Assembly (NCBI GenBank): GCA_013115125.1
Contig: JABANN010000130.1
Span: 44,337 to 64,336 of the forward strand
Direction of reading: 5' to 3'
Length of the DNA: 20,000 nucleotides
DNA from: Perkinsus olseni
Taxonomy: Eukaryota
Positions 1-9,655 of the stretch are shown here, in pieces. The position numbers and the translations under genes were made by a program. The notes beneath the pieces are model-generated. The model was given only the letters and a program-made list of their open reading frames with translations. It did no database searches and was not told the DNA's origin. How positions within the stretch are numbered: position 1 is the first letter of the stretch; each line of letters begins with the position of its first letter.

Positions 1-1072
1 CGATCCCCATCAGATGCGCAGCTTTGGCATAGGAGTAGTGGGCTGCTGCCGAGCAGTAACTGTGCAAGACTCGTCCAGTACAGCGGCGTTGATCACAGTG
101 GCTCACCAGACAAGCTGCCCTGGAAGAGCCTGGATGCCTTTGCGTTTCACTTCAGGAAACTTGAAAAACCTAGCCAGCTGGAGGCCGTATAAATTAGCGA
201 TGGATCCGCCAGGCACGAAGAGACCTATGAGCTTAGCTGGTTCAGTCCGGGGAGGGCAAGGCGTCTAACCTTCGGAGGTCGTGGGATCGAATCCCAGCAG
301 CTGCACAGTCTTATCGATAACACTGGCTTCGACCATAACAAAAACAGGAGCGATCTCGAAGGTATACGCGCTGGTATTGCACGCCACTGTGAGCATCTCG
401 CCGACAAGGCCTGCGGAAGGTCAGCACGCTCTACCGCCATCTCCACGGGGGAGGGGTGAACCTTACCAGATGCGTCGGAGCGACCGAAGAGTGTGTTGAA
501 AAACTGGGGATGCCCAGTTCGGGCGGAGAGACGGAGCGTAGCGGCACATGCTGACACGATGGCCTCTGCGCCAACACGCTTGCCTGAGAGAAGAAAGCCA
601 CTGCAAGAGGAGTGTGGATGAATCAATTCTGCTAGGCTGACCAGCAACGTTAAAAGGCATAAGAGGTCTCCCGAGATACAGCCTTAATTCCTTGGAAAGA
701 ATTGAGCGAAGATGAGCTGCACGCTAGTCTTGGGCATACTACAGCAGCCTCCGAGGTGTCGAGGACTCAGATTCAAAAGTTTCGAAGAATGGACCCAGGA
801 GCCATAGAGAGCATAGAAGGATCTCTCTCAGCCGGCCTACCATCGTGTAGGGAGAGATCACATCCGCACTGTCGCATGATCTGATCTATCTCCTGAGGGT
901 CCTTGAACTCAATGACCTTCTGGCCGCGGTCCTCAGCAGAGGCAACGTAATCTGAGGGAGCCGTGACCCCCATACGACTGAGTGAGGGCAATTCACCTCT
1001 AAGCATGGCGGTGACGCGGTCGAAGATCTCAGCGGGCTCTCCGCTGTCGCTGCTGCTACTGTGAATCTTCAT
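1..1072 (-). CDS. CSAD: Group II pyridoxal-phosphate-dependent acidic amino acid decarboxylase (CSAD/GAD/ADC family, CSAD-like); 3' part lies outside the window
   Basis: Manually spliced with GT-AG introns at 952-996, 584-840, 411-466, 225-269 and 60-106. The product reads ...DRVTAMLRDYVASAEDRGQKVIEFKDPQE...LHDGKRVGAEAIVSACAATLRLSARTGHPQFFNTLFGRSDASGLVGEMLTVACNTSAYTFEIAPVFVMVEASVIDK...GLFVPGGSIANLYGLQLARFFKFPEVKRKG...YCSAAAHYSYAKAAHLMGI. This is colinear with the GAD/CSAD motifs TGHPxFFNQL, TYEIAPVF, PGGxxxN and HYSxxK. The start could instead be the in-frame ATG at 1102 or 1114. Confidence 0.9.
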
Positions 1073-1268
1073 GTGACTTCGACAGCCGTCGGCATCTCCC
1101 ATGAAAGGCGGCATAGGACGCGATAGGAAAAATGTCACTAACCTCACAACAGCAACAGCCTCCCTTCACGAGTGGATTGAAAACGCAACACTGCGGTGGC
1201 TCAAGTCAAAGGGCACAAGGGCATGTAATGATACTACGACTGATGAGGACTGCGGAAGGTGCAACATG

Positions 1269-3115
1269 TCAGTTCAGAACACGTGACTCATAAGTTGGTA
1301 TCATGTACTTGATATTGATAAAAGCCTAAAGAACCCAAACTGCGGAGGTTCGACTCCAACGACCGACAGACTGCGGGCTATCGTCTCTTCAATAAAGCGA
1401 CTTACATCCTCTCCGCCATGAGTCTCGAGAACGGTGAGCGTATCTTCAATCATCGCCCCAAGGTTACGCTTGCTTCCGAAGTCCATTTCGTCTCCTACAC
1501 AGGAGAATGCACGACCGCTGAGGTAAAGGGAAGTACCCATGTTCCTCTGGCCTTTGAAAATATTGAAAATCGGCAGCAACTGGCGGTAGTAGGGCACAAG
1601 GGCCTCGCCGATCTGTTCACCACTCTTCACCATCACTTGAATCAGATGGAGTGCCTGCTCGATGGCTGACCACCGGCATGATACGCGAAGACCCAACGCA
1701 CCTTTCGCATGGCCTTGGGGTCTTTGCTGTTGAGAGCACGCTTCAAGGGAAGAATCTGAGACCGAATGCGCACTGTGAAGAGAATCTTTCCGCTGTTCCT
1801 ACAAGCTTCGATAAGATCGGCAGCAGGCGATCGTCCCCTCCCATTTTAATGAGCTCCTGAGCTCCTTCGTAGGCCACGAATTCAAACCTAAAATGCCGAA
1901 ACGTCAATATTGATGATTCCGGGGTACAATAGAGAGCATCGAAATTGATGTGAAGATACAGTAAAGTTTCACTGGTTCTCCACAAACTAGATCCCCTCCT
2001 AATCGCGCCTCAATCAGCTTGCCCAGCTTGATGGCGGTGTTGATTTGACGCTAGCGCCCGGCAGGTGGTGGTGGATAGACAGTAGTAGAGGCCTCACTGT
2101 AACAACCGCGCAGGAGTAAGCGTCTTACAGCGGCTGAACTTCTCTAATTCCATCGATGAAGATCGGCAGAACCACCGAGTAGTCGACGGTGTCGGGAGGA
2201 ACTTTCCACCTGAGACGAGAGGCTGTCGTTTTCTCGCCAGCACGGGTCTCACTGAAGGGTCTTGCGACCGTCATGCTTCATCTTGAACGGCATATCAGAG
2301 CGGCCATAGAATGCTCGGAAGCCGGTGTCTATTCCCCCAGTAACCTGGAGTGCATGCGGAATTGCAATGGAACGTAGCAGCGCAGGAGCGACCTTCCGCG
2401 GCGTCCTCTTGAACTTGAAGCAGCCGGTAGGGGAAGGGCCGTCACCCCAGCTCTTTCTAGGCCCTGAGAAGCATTTCTGAAGCTCGAGACTGAGAGTGAC
2501 GCGCACTCACTTCGAGTAATCTTGTCGTGCAGCTCTTTTGAATAAGCGACAAGAACTGGAGTTTTTTGTTCTCGGGAAGTCATCTGCAGATGACGATCAG
2601 TCACGACTTGCACGTATGCGCACCATCATGCGTATAGCGACGTTACGTGGAAGCTCACCCCTCGTGAGGAAGCCCTTACCCTAGGTGATGCCATCCTGCC
2701 TCCGGTGATGCTGAGATCGGTCGGAGGCCTGAAGATCATCTTCAGAAGATGACGGCCGATGAAGACTTCCAGCGTCGGCCAACGCAGCGTGGGCATGCGT
2801 GCAAGCATGCGTGCGAAACAGTGTCTTCACAGTACGCCCCTACATCGGAGTGGCTGTGTTGTGGGGCGCCGTCCGCGCTGTTCTTGCACGGCGAGCGCCT
2901 TCGTCCAACGGAATGATCTCGCACGGTCGATGAGTAGCTGCCAGAAGTAAGGCTGTGAAAGAAAGTCGACGAGCGTGGCCGGGTAGGTGGACGCGTGTGC
3001 TATCCATCGAACGAGTCGCCAAGCGTAGTTCCGGCAACTCACCGACGATAGGGTCCTTCCTCGGGCTCGGTGGTGGTAGGAGGAGGGAGGGCACTGCTGG
3101 GGCAGCAGTTACCAT
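1269..3115 (-). CDS. PACRG: Parkin co-regulated gene protein (axonemal inner-junction protein), multi-exon
   Basis: Exon peptides match the PACRG domain in order: FRAFYGRSDMPF, VDYSVVLPIFIDGIRE, FEFVAYEGAQELIKMGGDDRLLPILSKL, ILPLKRALNSKD, IGEALVPYYRQLLPIFNIFK, GDEMDFGSKRNLGAMIEDTLTVLETHGGED and AFINIKYMIPTYESRVLN* (stop 1269-1271). Introns include 1326-1405 and 1495-1536. The core (1269 to about 2476) is firm. The 5' extension to ATG 3115 (MVTAAPAVPSLLLPPPSPRKDPIV followed by a GTGAG donor) is tentative. Confidence 0.88.
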
Positions 3116-3647
3116 CTACTATTTAGGCGAGAAGAATTCAAGCGACTGAATAACGGATTGGCCTCCCTAGGCTTCCGCGAACGCCTGCGGTTTAACGATA
3201 AGTATATCGATCACTCGGGCGTGCGCTAAACACGTCACGTCACTTCGACTTGTGCCACAAACATGTCGTGTTCGACCTCTCCCCTTTCCTTCTCGCAGGC
3301 TGAGTCCTTTCTCTTCGGGGAACGTGATCGCCTTTCAAGGCCTCACGACAGCTGCTCGCCCCACAATGGGAATCTTAGGTTGATGGTGGCAGATGCCGGG
3401 TTGCTGTCTCGATGCTCGTCCAATGAAATAGGTAGTACGAGGGGGGAAAGCCAAAATCCACGGGACCTCGCGCGACGGTCGGGGAAAGGCAACAGAAAGG
3501 AACACGGAATTGTGGGTGGAGGCAGGAACGGGAAACCAGAAGGCCCTCCCGAAACCCGACAGGGCAGTCCGATCCTGAAGATGCTACTTCGGAAGTTGAA
3601 CTTTTCCCTCGGATTTAGGGAAGTGCCCGTAGTACGAGAGGGGTAGG

Positions 3648-4315
3648 ATGATCGTCTTGCCTTCACTATGCTGTGGTTTTCGTTTTCAACGGGATATAGC
3701 AGGCAGTCTTTGCTGTAGGCTCGGCCGTCCCAGTGAGGGGCGTCTCGGCCGATCACCCGACTGCCTTCTTCGGATTTTCCGATGTGAAGGCCTCCTTACG
3801 GCAGGGGGCCGACCTGGGGAGGAATGGTAAGCCCAAGGGCTCTGGTCCCTCCGACGGAGCTGATGATAACCCCAACAGCAACGGCAGCGAGCAGTCGCAG
3901 CAGCAAGGAACTCACGCCAGGTGGGATGAGCGACCGGCCGATGACACTCGTCCAGTGAAAGTGCCAAGATGCTCAGCCGTTAAACTTCAATCTCGTTCAT
4001 CCGTCACCACGGGGAGGATTGCCTACCAGGCGCTACTGCTAAGAGCTGAGCCTCATCAGTTACAATGAGCATCCCAGAGATGTCGAGGGCCTGGATCCCG
4101 ACACCTGGCTGGCTGCCTACAACTTCAAGTGGTACATGATGTGGGGCAGTATCGCTGCGGCCCTCAGCATTGCATGTGAGGAGGAAAGGATCTTTCCATT
4201 GCTGCTACTGTTAGTGATTACTTTCTTGCCAGTGACAGCTGTGTACTGCCGCTTTATACGCAGGAAGCGTGGTGGTGACGACGACGACAGTAGTTCGGGA
4301 TATAGCAGCGACTGA
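3648..4315 (+). CDS. Hypothetical small single-pass membrane protein (multi-exon, 5' end uncertain)
   Basis: An exon after the CATCAG acceptor (about 4060) reads YNEHPRDVEGLDPDTWLAAYNFKWYMMWGSIAAALSIA. A phase-compatible 57-bp intron (4176-4232) joins it to LTAVYCRFIRRKRGGDDDDSSSGYSSD* (stop 4313-4315), giving a hydrophobic helix followed by a basic stop-transfer and an acidic tail. An upstream open segment (AVFAVGSAVPVRGVSADHPTAFFGF..., about 3700-3826) ends at a GTAAG donor. No family recognised. Confidence 0.4.
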
Positions 4316-4899
4316 GCGAGAGAGGCCGTGCTAATGGCGGTGCGCGGTACTCCATCTGCTGCAGTGGTCGTGACTGCCATGGCCTTGGCATTGTCCACAT
4401 GCATGCGGTCGTCTCTGGATCTTGTTGCGGCGTAGAGTTATTGCTGGTTTGAGTAGCGTGCCTATCGGCAGTCGACTGGACAGTTCATAAATTGACTTGA
4501 TTACGAATGACAGCCGCCAGTCACTATTTTACAAGGAACAGGAATCCTCTGCTGATGAGGGATGAAGTTGGGCAGGCTAAACCCACCTACTATGACCTCC
4601 CTAATGAAGGATTTGTCTATGGCAAGAGCGAGGTAGTCGAGGGACGTGCGTCACAGTGGTGTCTCGAATCTCTATAGCTAATCATGGTTAATAACCTCTG
4701 ATATTCTTTGCAGGATAACCATTGGTAATTCTGCTGCATCAAAGATCAGTGCATAGAAGGTCGCATAGGTTATTTCAAAATTATTGTGGTTGCTGGCAAT
4801 CCTCGGGACATCCTCGTGAAGTCAGCAGGAGATGGTGATACTCGAGTGGATCGACGTGTGAATAGCAGCCTTCGCACATTACTCCATCTTAATGTGAAC

Positions 4900-5820
4900 G
4901 GTGGTGTGATCCACTCCCGAGAATCTTGGCATCCGTAAAGATCACGGTCCGACCTAAAGATCTTCATCGTTGGCTTGGCCTCCTATGCGCAGCGTGTGAT
5001 TCTAGCGGTTTCTCAGGGAGCTGACCCAGAGGGAGCGAAGGAGATCACTATGACGTGGAAGAGTCACAAGCCAAATCCTGTCTCCGAGACGAACGTTTTG
5101 GTAGTAGTCGTTCGGGGGCTAGTCGCCGAGTGCAGCGCGAAGGTTGAGCCCGGTGGAGTATGGTGTTTAGGATTTCCGATCGCTGAATAAGTCGGCGATC
5201 GATGATGGAAAATGCCGTACTGCCAGCGACCAAAAGATCTATCGAGAGCAGCATCCTAAGTACGCGGAGTTACCTGGCTCGTTACACCTTCATCTGGTGG
5301 CGTTGGCAGATTCCTTGTCCACAAGAGTGCCAGCCAGAAGAGGCAGGAGGGAAGTTCTGTAGCACCTCGCCATGAGAAGCCTATGCCCTCCAACTTCGTG
5401 TGAGACATTGTGGTGGGGTTAACTGTATCGTAGAAGTTGCGTTTGGAGTGGTAGGTACGGCAAGAAGACACGGCCAAGTACTCCGATATCTCATGTTATA
5501 TCCAATCAGTTCGGCTTGGTGAGTCCTGTCGGCTGGGTCTGCTCGTTCTTGCTGAGGCGAAGGAACGGGGCGCGTGAATTCTGAGATGTTATCATCGAAA
5601 ACACTGGTATTTATCCGGACTCGTCATCATGCACTTCTCGGAGTGGCTACTTTCGAGCTGGTCGTATGTGTCTCAGCGGTTTTCCTTTTTCGTGGTAGTA
5701 ACGTCGACAGTTGTAACAGCAAGGCAATACTCGAAGATTGGGAACGGATTTTGAGAACCCAGCGTGCTTTTTATCATCTCGCTAGGAGACTACGAGTATC
5801 TAGTCCAGCGTCATGTGTAT
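4900..5820 (-). mobile_element. Possible highly degraded LTR-retrotransposon integrase relic
   Basis: Fragments in different minus-strand frames, broken by stops, resemble integrase motifs in the expected order: EYCLAVTTVDVTT (about 5700), FDDNISEFT (5574-5599), YLAVSSCRTYHSKRNFYDTVN (about 5420-5480), WRGATELPSCLFW and RLGDRIWLV (about 5065-5090). Similarity is by eye only; no LTRs seen. Confidence 0.3.
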
Positions 5821-6518
5821 AGGAATCGGAGATGGTTGTTGAAGCACAGTATGAGAAGATGGTGGAGGCAGAAGAGAAGGCAAAGTCGCATTGCCAGCTG
5901 AAGATCAAGTCAACTAGAGTATCACCTTTGGGCCTTTCTTCGTTTTACTGTGACGACTATAGGCCGCTAAGGGACATGCTGCTGTTGGGAAGTCGGCACA
6001 TCAGAAGCATACAGTAGGGGAGGGTAAGAGGACTGAGCTATTCAAGCTGTCAAAGTTCAAAACGGTGGGTTGGAGGGTGGTGAGAGAGCAGGACTTATGC
6101 CGAGATTACAGGTACCGGCGAGATGCTATCTCCCGAAAGTAGCCAAAAATGTGGTATCGGAAGTGTTGGTAGTGGATGGAAAGGAGGAAAGCAAACCAGA
6201 GGAAAAGGCTGAGGTTGGATCTGATCGAGGTGATACGCGGGTTTCACCAGGGAACGCGGCTCCGAATCCACTGAGATAGGAAGAATGACTTTGTTGTTCC
6301 ATGGTCTCTGTGTCGATTTCTGTAGGGGAGGAGGAGGCTACATGATGAGAAGGGGCAGCTGAGCAGAGGAAGTTGATGATAGATGTCATTCAAGATACTT
6401 TCGCATGCAGCAGTGCATTGGGTGTTGGCTACAGATGAATACTAGCTGTGCAGAGTTCACGGGGTGACGGGCGTGTGGGTGTCGCGTGGCCAGCAGGGCT
6501 CGATGGCGTGCTTTCGCC

Positions 6519-6656
6519 AGTTTTGCATCCGATGGACGGGGGTTGTAGTTGATCTCCTTGATAGTCTTGCATCCGATAGACGGGGGTTGTAGCCGATCTC
6601 CTTGATAGTCTTGCATCCGATGGACGGGGGTTGTAGCCGATCTCCTTGATAGTCTT
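6519..6656. repeat. Tandem repeat, 3 x 44 bp (consensus TCTTGCATCCGATGGACGGGGGTTGTAGCCGATCTCCTTGATAG)
   Basis: Units lie at 6521-6564, 6565-6608 and 6609-6652 with partial flanks, each 0-3 substitutions from consensus and with no spacers. Confidence 0.97.
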
Positions 6657-6680
6657 ATCAGGGTTGCTCTTTCAACTGCT

Positions 6681-7703
6681 ATGAATTTGCCATGGCTGTT
6701 ATTTTCCCCATTTTTCGCTCCTGAACAAGGACAAGTTAGCCGGCCGCAGGTCATCCGTGTGTGGAACGACACTGAGCTGCTGCGTGCTGATGTAGACAAC
6801 ATCTTCCTGTGCCCGAAGCAAAGCGTATCCTTCTTCCGAGAAGCCTCAGGTTGGCCTGCAACGGATCTTTACATCGACGCTCGGAGATGCCAAAGAGGTC
6901 GCGACGTGTGGAATAGTAACGGTGATCGACTAGCCTGTGTCGCGAAAGTGACGGGTTTCACGGCGGAGTTACTGGCTGATATTGGTTTGGATGACTTCCT
7001 CCTGGACGGAAGTCTCTTAGGCTGGGTCAGACACAAGGGTGGTCAGATCCCCTGGGACCTTGATGGCGATACAGCCGTGCTCCGGTCGCAGTGTGAAGAG
7101 GTTGCTGGTCGATCCCAAGGCCAAGCGATCTGTGACATTCTCAGGGAGAAGCTACCGCATGGGTATTTCCTTTATGCCATTGACGAAGACGAAGTTGTCC
7201 ATCCCGACCCTCGAGGCAGCGACTTTGCCGGGTGCGATGTGCCTGAGCTGCGCATCGGAAGCACCGTGAACGGAGAATGGTGTCACACAGATATTTACAT
7301 GGCGAGTGATGTTGACGATGAGATCTGTTTTCGAGAAGGAGTCTGTTTTAGAAGGGACCAAGTGCTGCCGTTGCGGAATGAGTCGTTGGTCGGAAGATAC
7401 CCTGTGAAGATTCCTGCGCAGCCGGAAGAAATTCTGTCTGGTCTTTACAAGAATCATTCTGGTATTATGAACCTGCATGGAGTGCCTATGAACTATGCAT
7501 TTCAAGACGATTGGGCGGTTGTCATCGGTACCGAGCTTGACGATAGTTTCAGTGATCGAGTAACTGTTGATAGGCCCCGGCTTTATGAAGCACTCTCGCT
7601 TATTTGTGTTGCATTTGTGCTGTGCTTTGGGGTCGCATACCTCTTGCGCTCGAAGTGCAGGCGACAAGCCGGGTTCGTTAAAATACGACAGTATACCGTG
7701 TGA
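6681..7703 (+). CDS. LicD/fukutin-family phosphotransferase (nucleotidyltransferase fold), intronless, with C-terminal transmembrane helix
   Basis: 340-aa uninterrupted ORF with FLLDGSLLGWVRHKGGQIPWDLDGD (LicD signature GxLLGxxRHxxxIPWDxDxD), a later DIY motif and VKIPAQPEEILSGLY (LicD P..pe.yL...Y block). It has a hydrophobic N-terminus and C-terminal ALSLICVAFVLCFGVAYLL-RSKCRR. Confidence 0.9.
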   Translation: MNLPWLLFSPFFAPEQGQVSRPQVIRVWNDTELLRADVDNIFLCPKQSVSFFREASGWPATDLYIDARRCQRGRDVWNSNGDRLACVAKVTGFTAELLADIGLDDFLLDGSLLGWVRHKGGQIPWDLDGDTAVLRSQCEEVAGRSQGQAICDILREKLPHGYFLYAIDEDEVVHPDPRGSDFAGCDVPELRIGSTVNGEWCHTDIYMASDVDDEICFREGVCFRRDQVLPLRNESLVGRYPVKIPAQPEEILSGLYKNHSGIMNLHGVPMNYAFQDDWAVVIGTELDDSFSDRVTVDRPRLYEALSLICVAFVLCFGVAYLLRSKCRRQAGFVKIRQYTV

Positions 7704-8151
7704 TGCCGCGTCGTCTCTCGATGAGTCTTAGGCTATATCTTACGCTGAGTCTGGCAAGCTATAACATTTTAGCTACCTGCCGTCACGAGGAGAATGCTTA
7801 TTATGATGACTGTCTTAGCAGTTGTCAATCCCATGCTATTGCGCGGCAACCTGCTCGTGGTTCTCATTCCTCCTTTTGCACGGAGCTGGCCACGGAGCTT
7901 GGTGTGGTCTATTCTACTACTCTTCTGAAGTAACGGACTTGCGTTTTGATAGTCGGGAGATAAGAAGGGCATTGGGAACACTACCACTTGCATGAAATCG
8001 ATCACAGAACAGATTCGAGAAACTAGTTTGTCTTCCTCTGAGTTTTCATAACTGTACTCGGCAATTTTCTTCTCCACGGCAGAATTTTAGATTATTTTTT
8101 TCTTGAGACACTCGTCTCGACGACTGATCAAAAGTCAACAGCCCCTTCTTA

Positions 8152-9165
8152 ATGATCAAGGTTATCTCTCAAGAGCGCGTCCCCAAAGCGCCACTCGATC
8201 AGCTTTACCTCTGTCCCCAAGATGTGGTGTCGCAAGCTCTTGATGGCGTGGATTGGCCTGATCAGCCGGTCTTCATCAATCGCTCAGCGTGCATGAATCA
8301 CGACGACCTGCTGGCATACCATCTCTGGGGTTCTCCTTCTGAACATCGCAATCGTCTTATGTGTATCCAGAGAACAACCGATGCTGCAACGCGAGCTCTT
8401 GGGGCGGTTGGCGTGGACGCCTTCTTGCTTGCCGGAAGTCTCCTGGGCTGGCAGCGCCATGATGGTGGTCAGATACCTTGGGACACCGACGGCGATACTG
8501 GTTTTGTACAGTCACAGTGCGAGGTTGCCATGAAGGACCATCCAGATGCGACTAACATCGCTAGTCTTATCATGCCCTATGTCCCTGATGATTTTGAAGT
8601 CAAGTACCTGAGTGAAGCTGGGCTCTCCGATCATCCTGGAGATGAGTTCCCGGGTTGCGACTTCAAACAGTTGAGGATAACTTCCGTCTATAAGGAACAG
8701 TCTTGTTTCACCGACATCTATCTTGTCTCGGACGAGGACGTCTCCGAGTGTGAGTGTCCAGAAGGCTCGGCCAACGACGCCTGCATACGCGCCGTACCCA
8801 CAGTATGCCCGGCGAGATCAAGCCTCCTTCCAGTGATGAAGTCCCGACTAAATGGCGAGGTGAGTGTGAATGTGCCGCATAACTGGACGGACGTCCTGGA
8901 AGCCTACTACGGGGGTATGCCTGGGGGAACCGATATCCTCAACCTGCAACCTGTCCCGAAGAACTTGGCCTTCGGCGACAGTCATGCGGTGGTAGTCGGA
9001 GAGCTGGTGGATGAAGATTTGACTTCGAGTCGATCGCCTTCTGTTCGGCTTTCCAGTCTCGCCATAGAGTGCTTTTTGGTTCTCTTATTGGTATTGATAT
9101 GTATTGTGCTCTTTCTGCGTCGTCGATGGCATCGCCAGAACACCGCCCGGGTGCCTCGTGAGTGA
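8152..9165 (+). CDS. LicD/fukutin-family phosphotransferase, tandem paralog, with C-terminal transmembrane helix
   Basis: 337-aa uninterrupted ORF with FLLAGSLLGWQRHDGGQIPWDTDGD, CFTDIY and VNVPHNWTDVLEAYYG. It is colinear with the upstream paralog (shared LCP, FxGCD, NxAFxD and VVxGxxxDxD blocks) and ends in FLVLLLVLICIVLFL-RRRW. Confidence 0.9.
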   Translation: MIKVISQERVPKAPLDQLYLCPQDVVSQALDGVDWPDQPVFINRSACMNHDDLLAYHLWGSPSEHRNRLMCIQRTTDAATRALGAVGVDAFLLAGSLLGWQRHDGGQIPWDTDGDTGFVQSQCEVAMKDHPDATNIASLIMPYVPDDFEVKYLSEAGLSDHPGDEFPGCDFKQLRITSVYKEQSCFTDIYLVSDEDVSECECPEGSANDACIRAVPTVCPARSSLLPVMKSRLNGEVSVNVPHNWTDVLEAYYGGMPGGTDILNLQPVPKNLAFGDSHAVVVGELVDEDLTSSRSPSVRLSSLAIECFLVLLLVLICIVLFLRRRWHRQNTARVPRE

Positions 9166-9655
9166 TTGAATGCCCGAGGTTGAGGCGCCTGTCTCGTCCA
9201 CCGCATTGAAAGGTGAAGGCGTATCTTTGCTATCGTGACTGTATTTGTTCAACCATCATTCTGTGATGCCCGAGCGGGCTTCATTTGTCATGTGTGTGTG
9301 GTCTGTACTAAGTATTAGCAAGCTCTTGCAGATGTTGGGTTATATCGACTCGGTCAATCTTGTCTCGACAAGGTGGCCTCCTTGCCCTGAATGTGCGCTA
9401 TTCATCCATACCGCATCACCCGATCGCCTACCATTGATCAGCCGTACGAGAGCCCTTCAGTGGCGTCGTTCAACGTCGCCTTAATGATTAATTAAACCTT
9501 CTAACACCTTGCTCTCAATCGCTGATAATATACACGGGAAAGCGTGCTCTGTAGTGAGTCGCCGGTAAAGAGACGACTCGGTGACAACCATGCTCACTTG
9601 AAAGCAGCGGAAAAGACCCTACCATAGAGTTGTCTATTAGCCGGCTGCGATTCCC

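Noticed and set aside
6126..6389. Ser/Thr-rich 87-aa ORF
   Set aside because: It is low complexity, with no motif or splice support.
6521..6652. CRISPR-like array
   Set aside because: The repeats are directly adjacent with no unique spacers, the context is eukaryotic and there are no cas genes.
7152..7667. 171-aa minus-strand ORF and other short overlapping ORFs
   Set aside because: These are shadow frames of the LicD, LRR and PACRG genes with no recognisable motifs.
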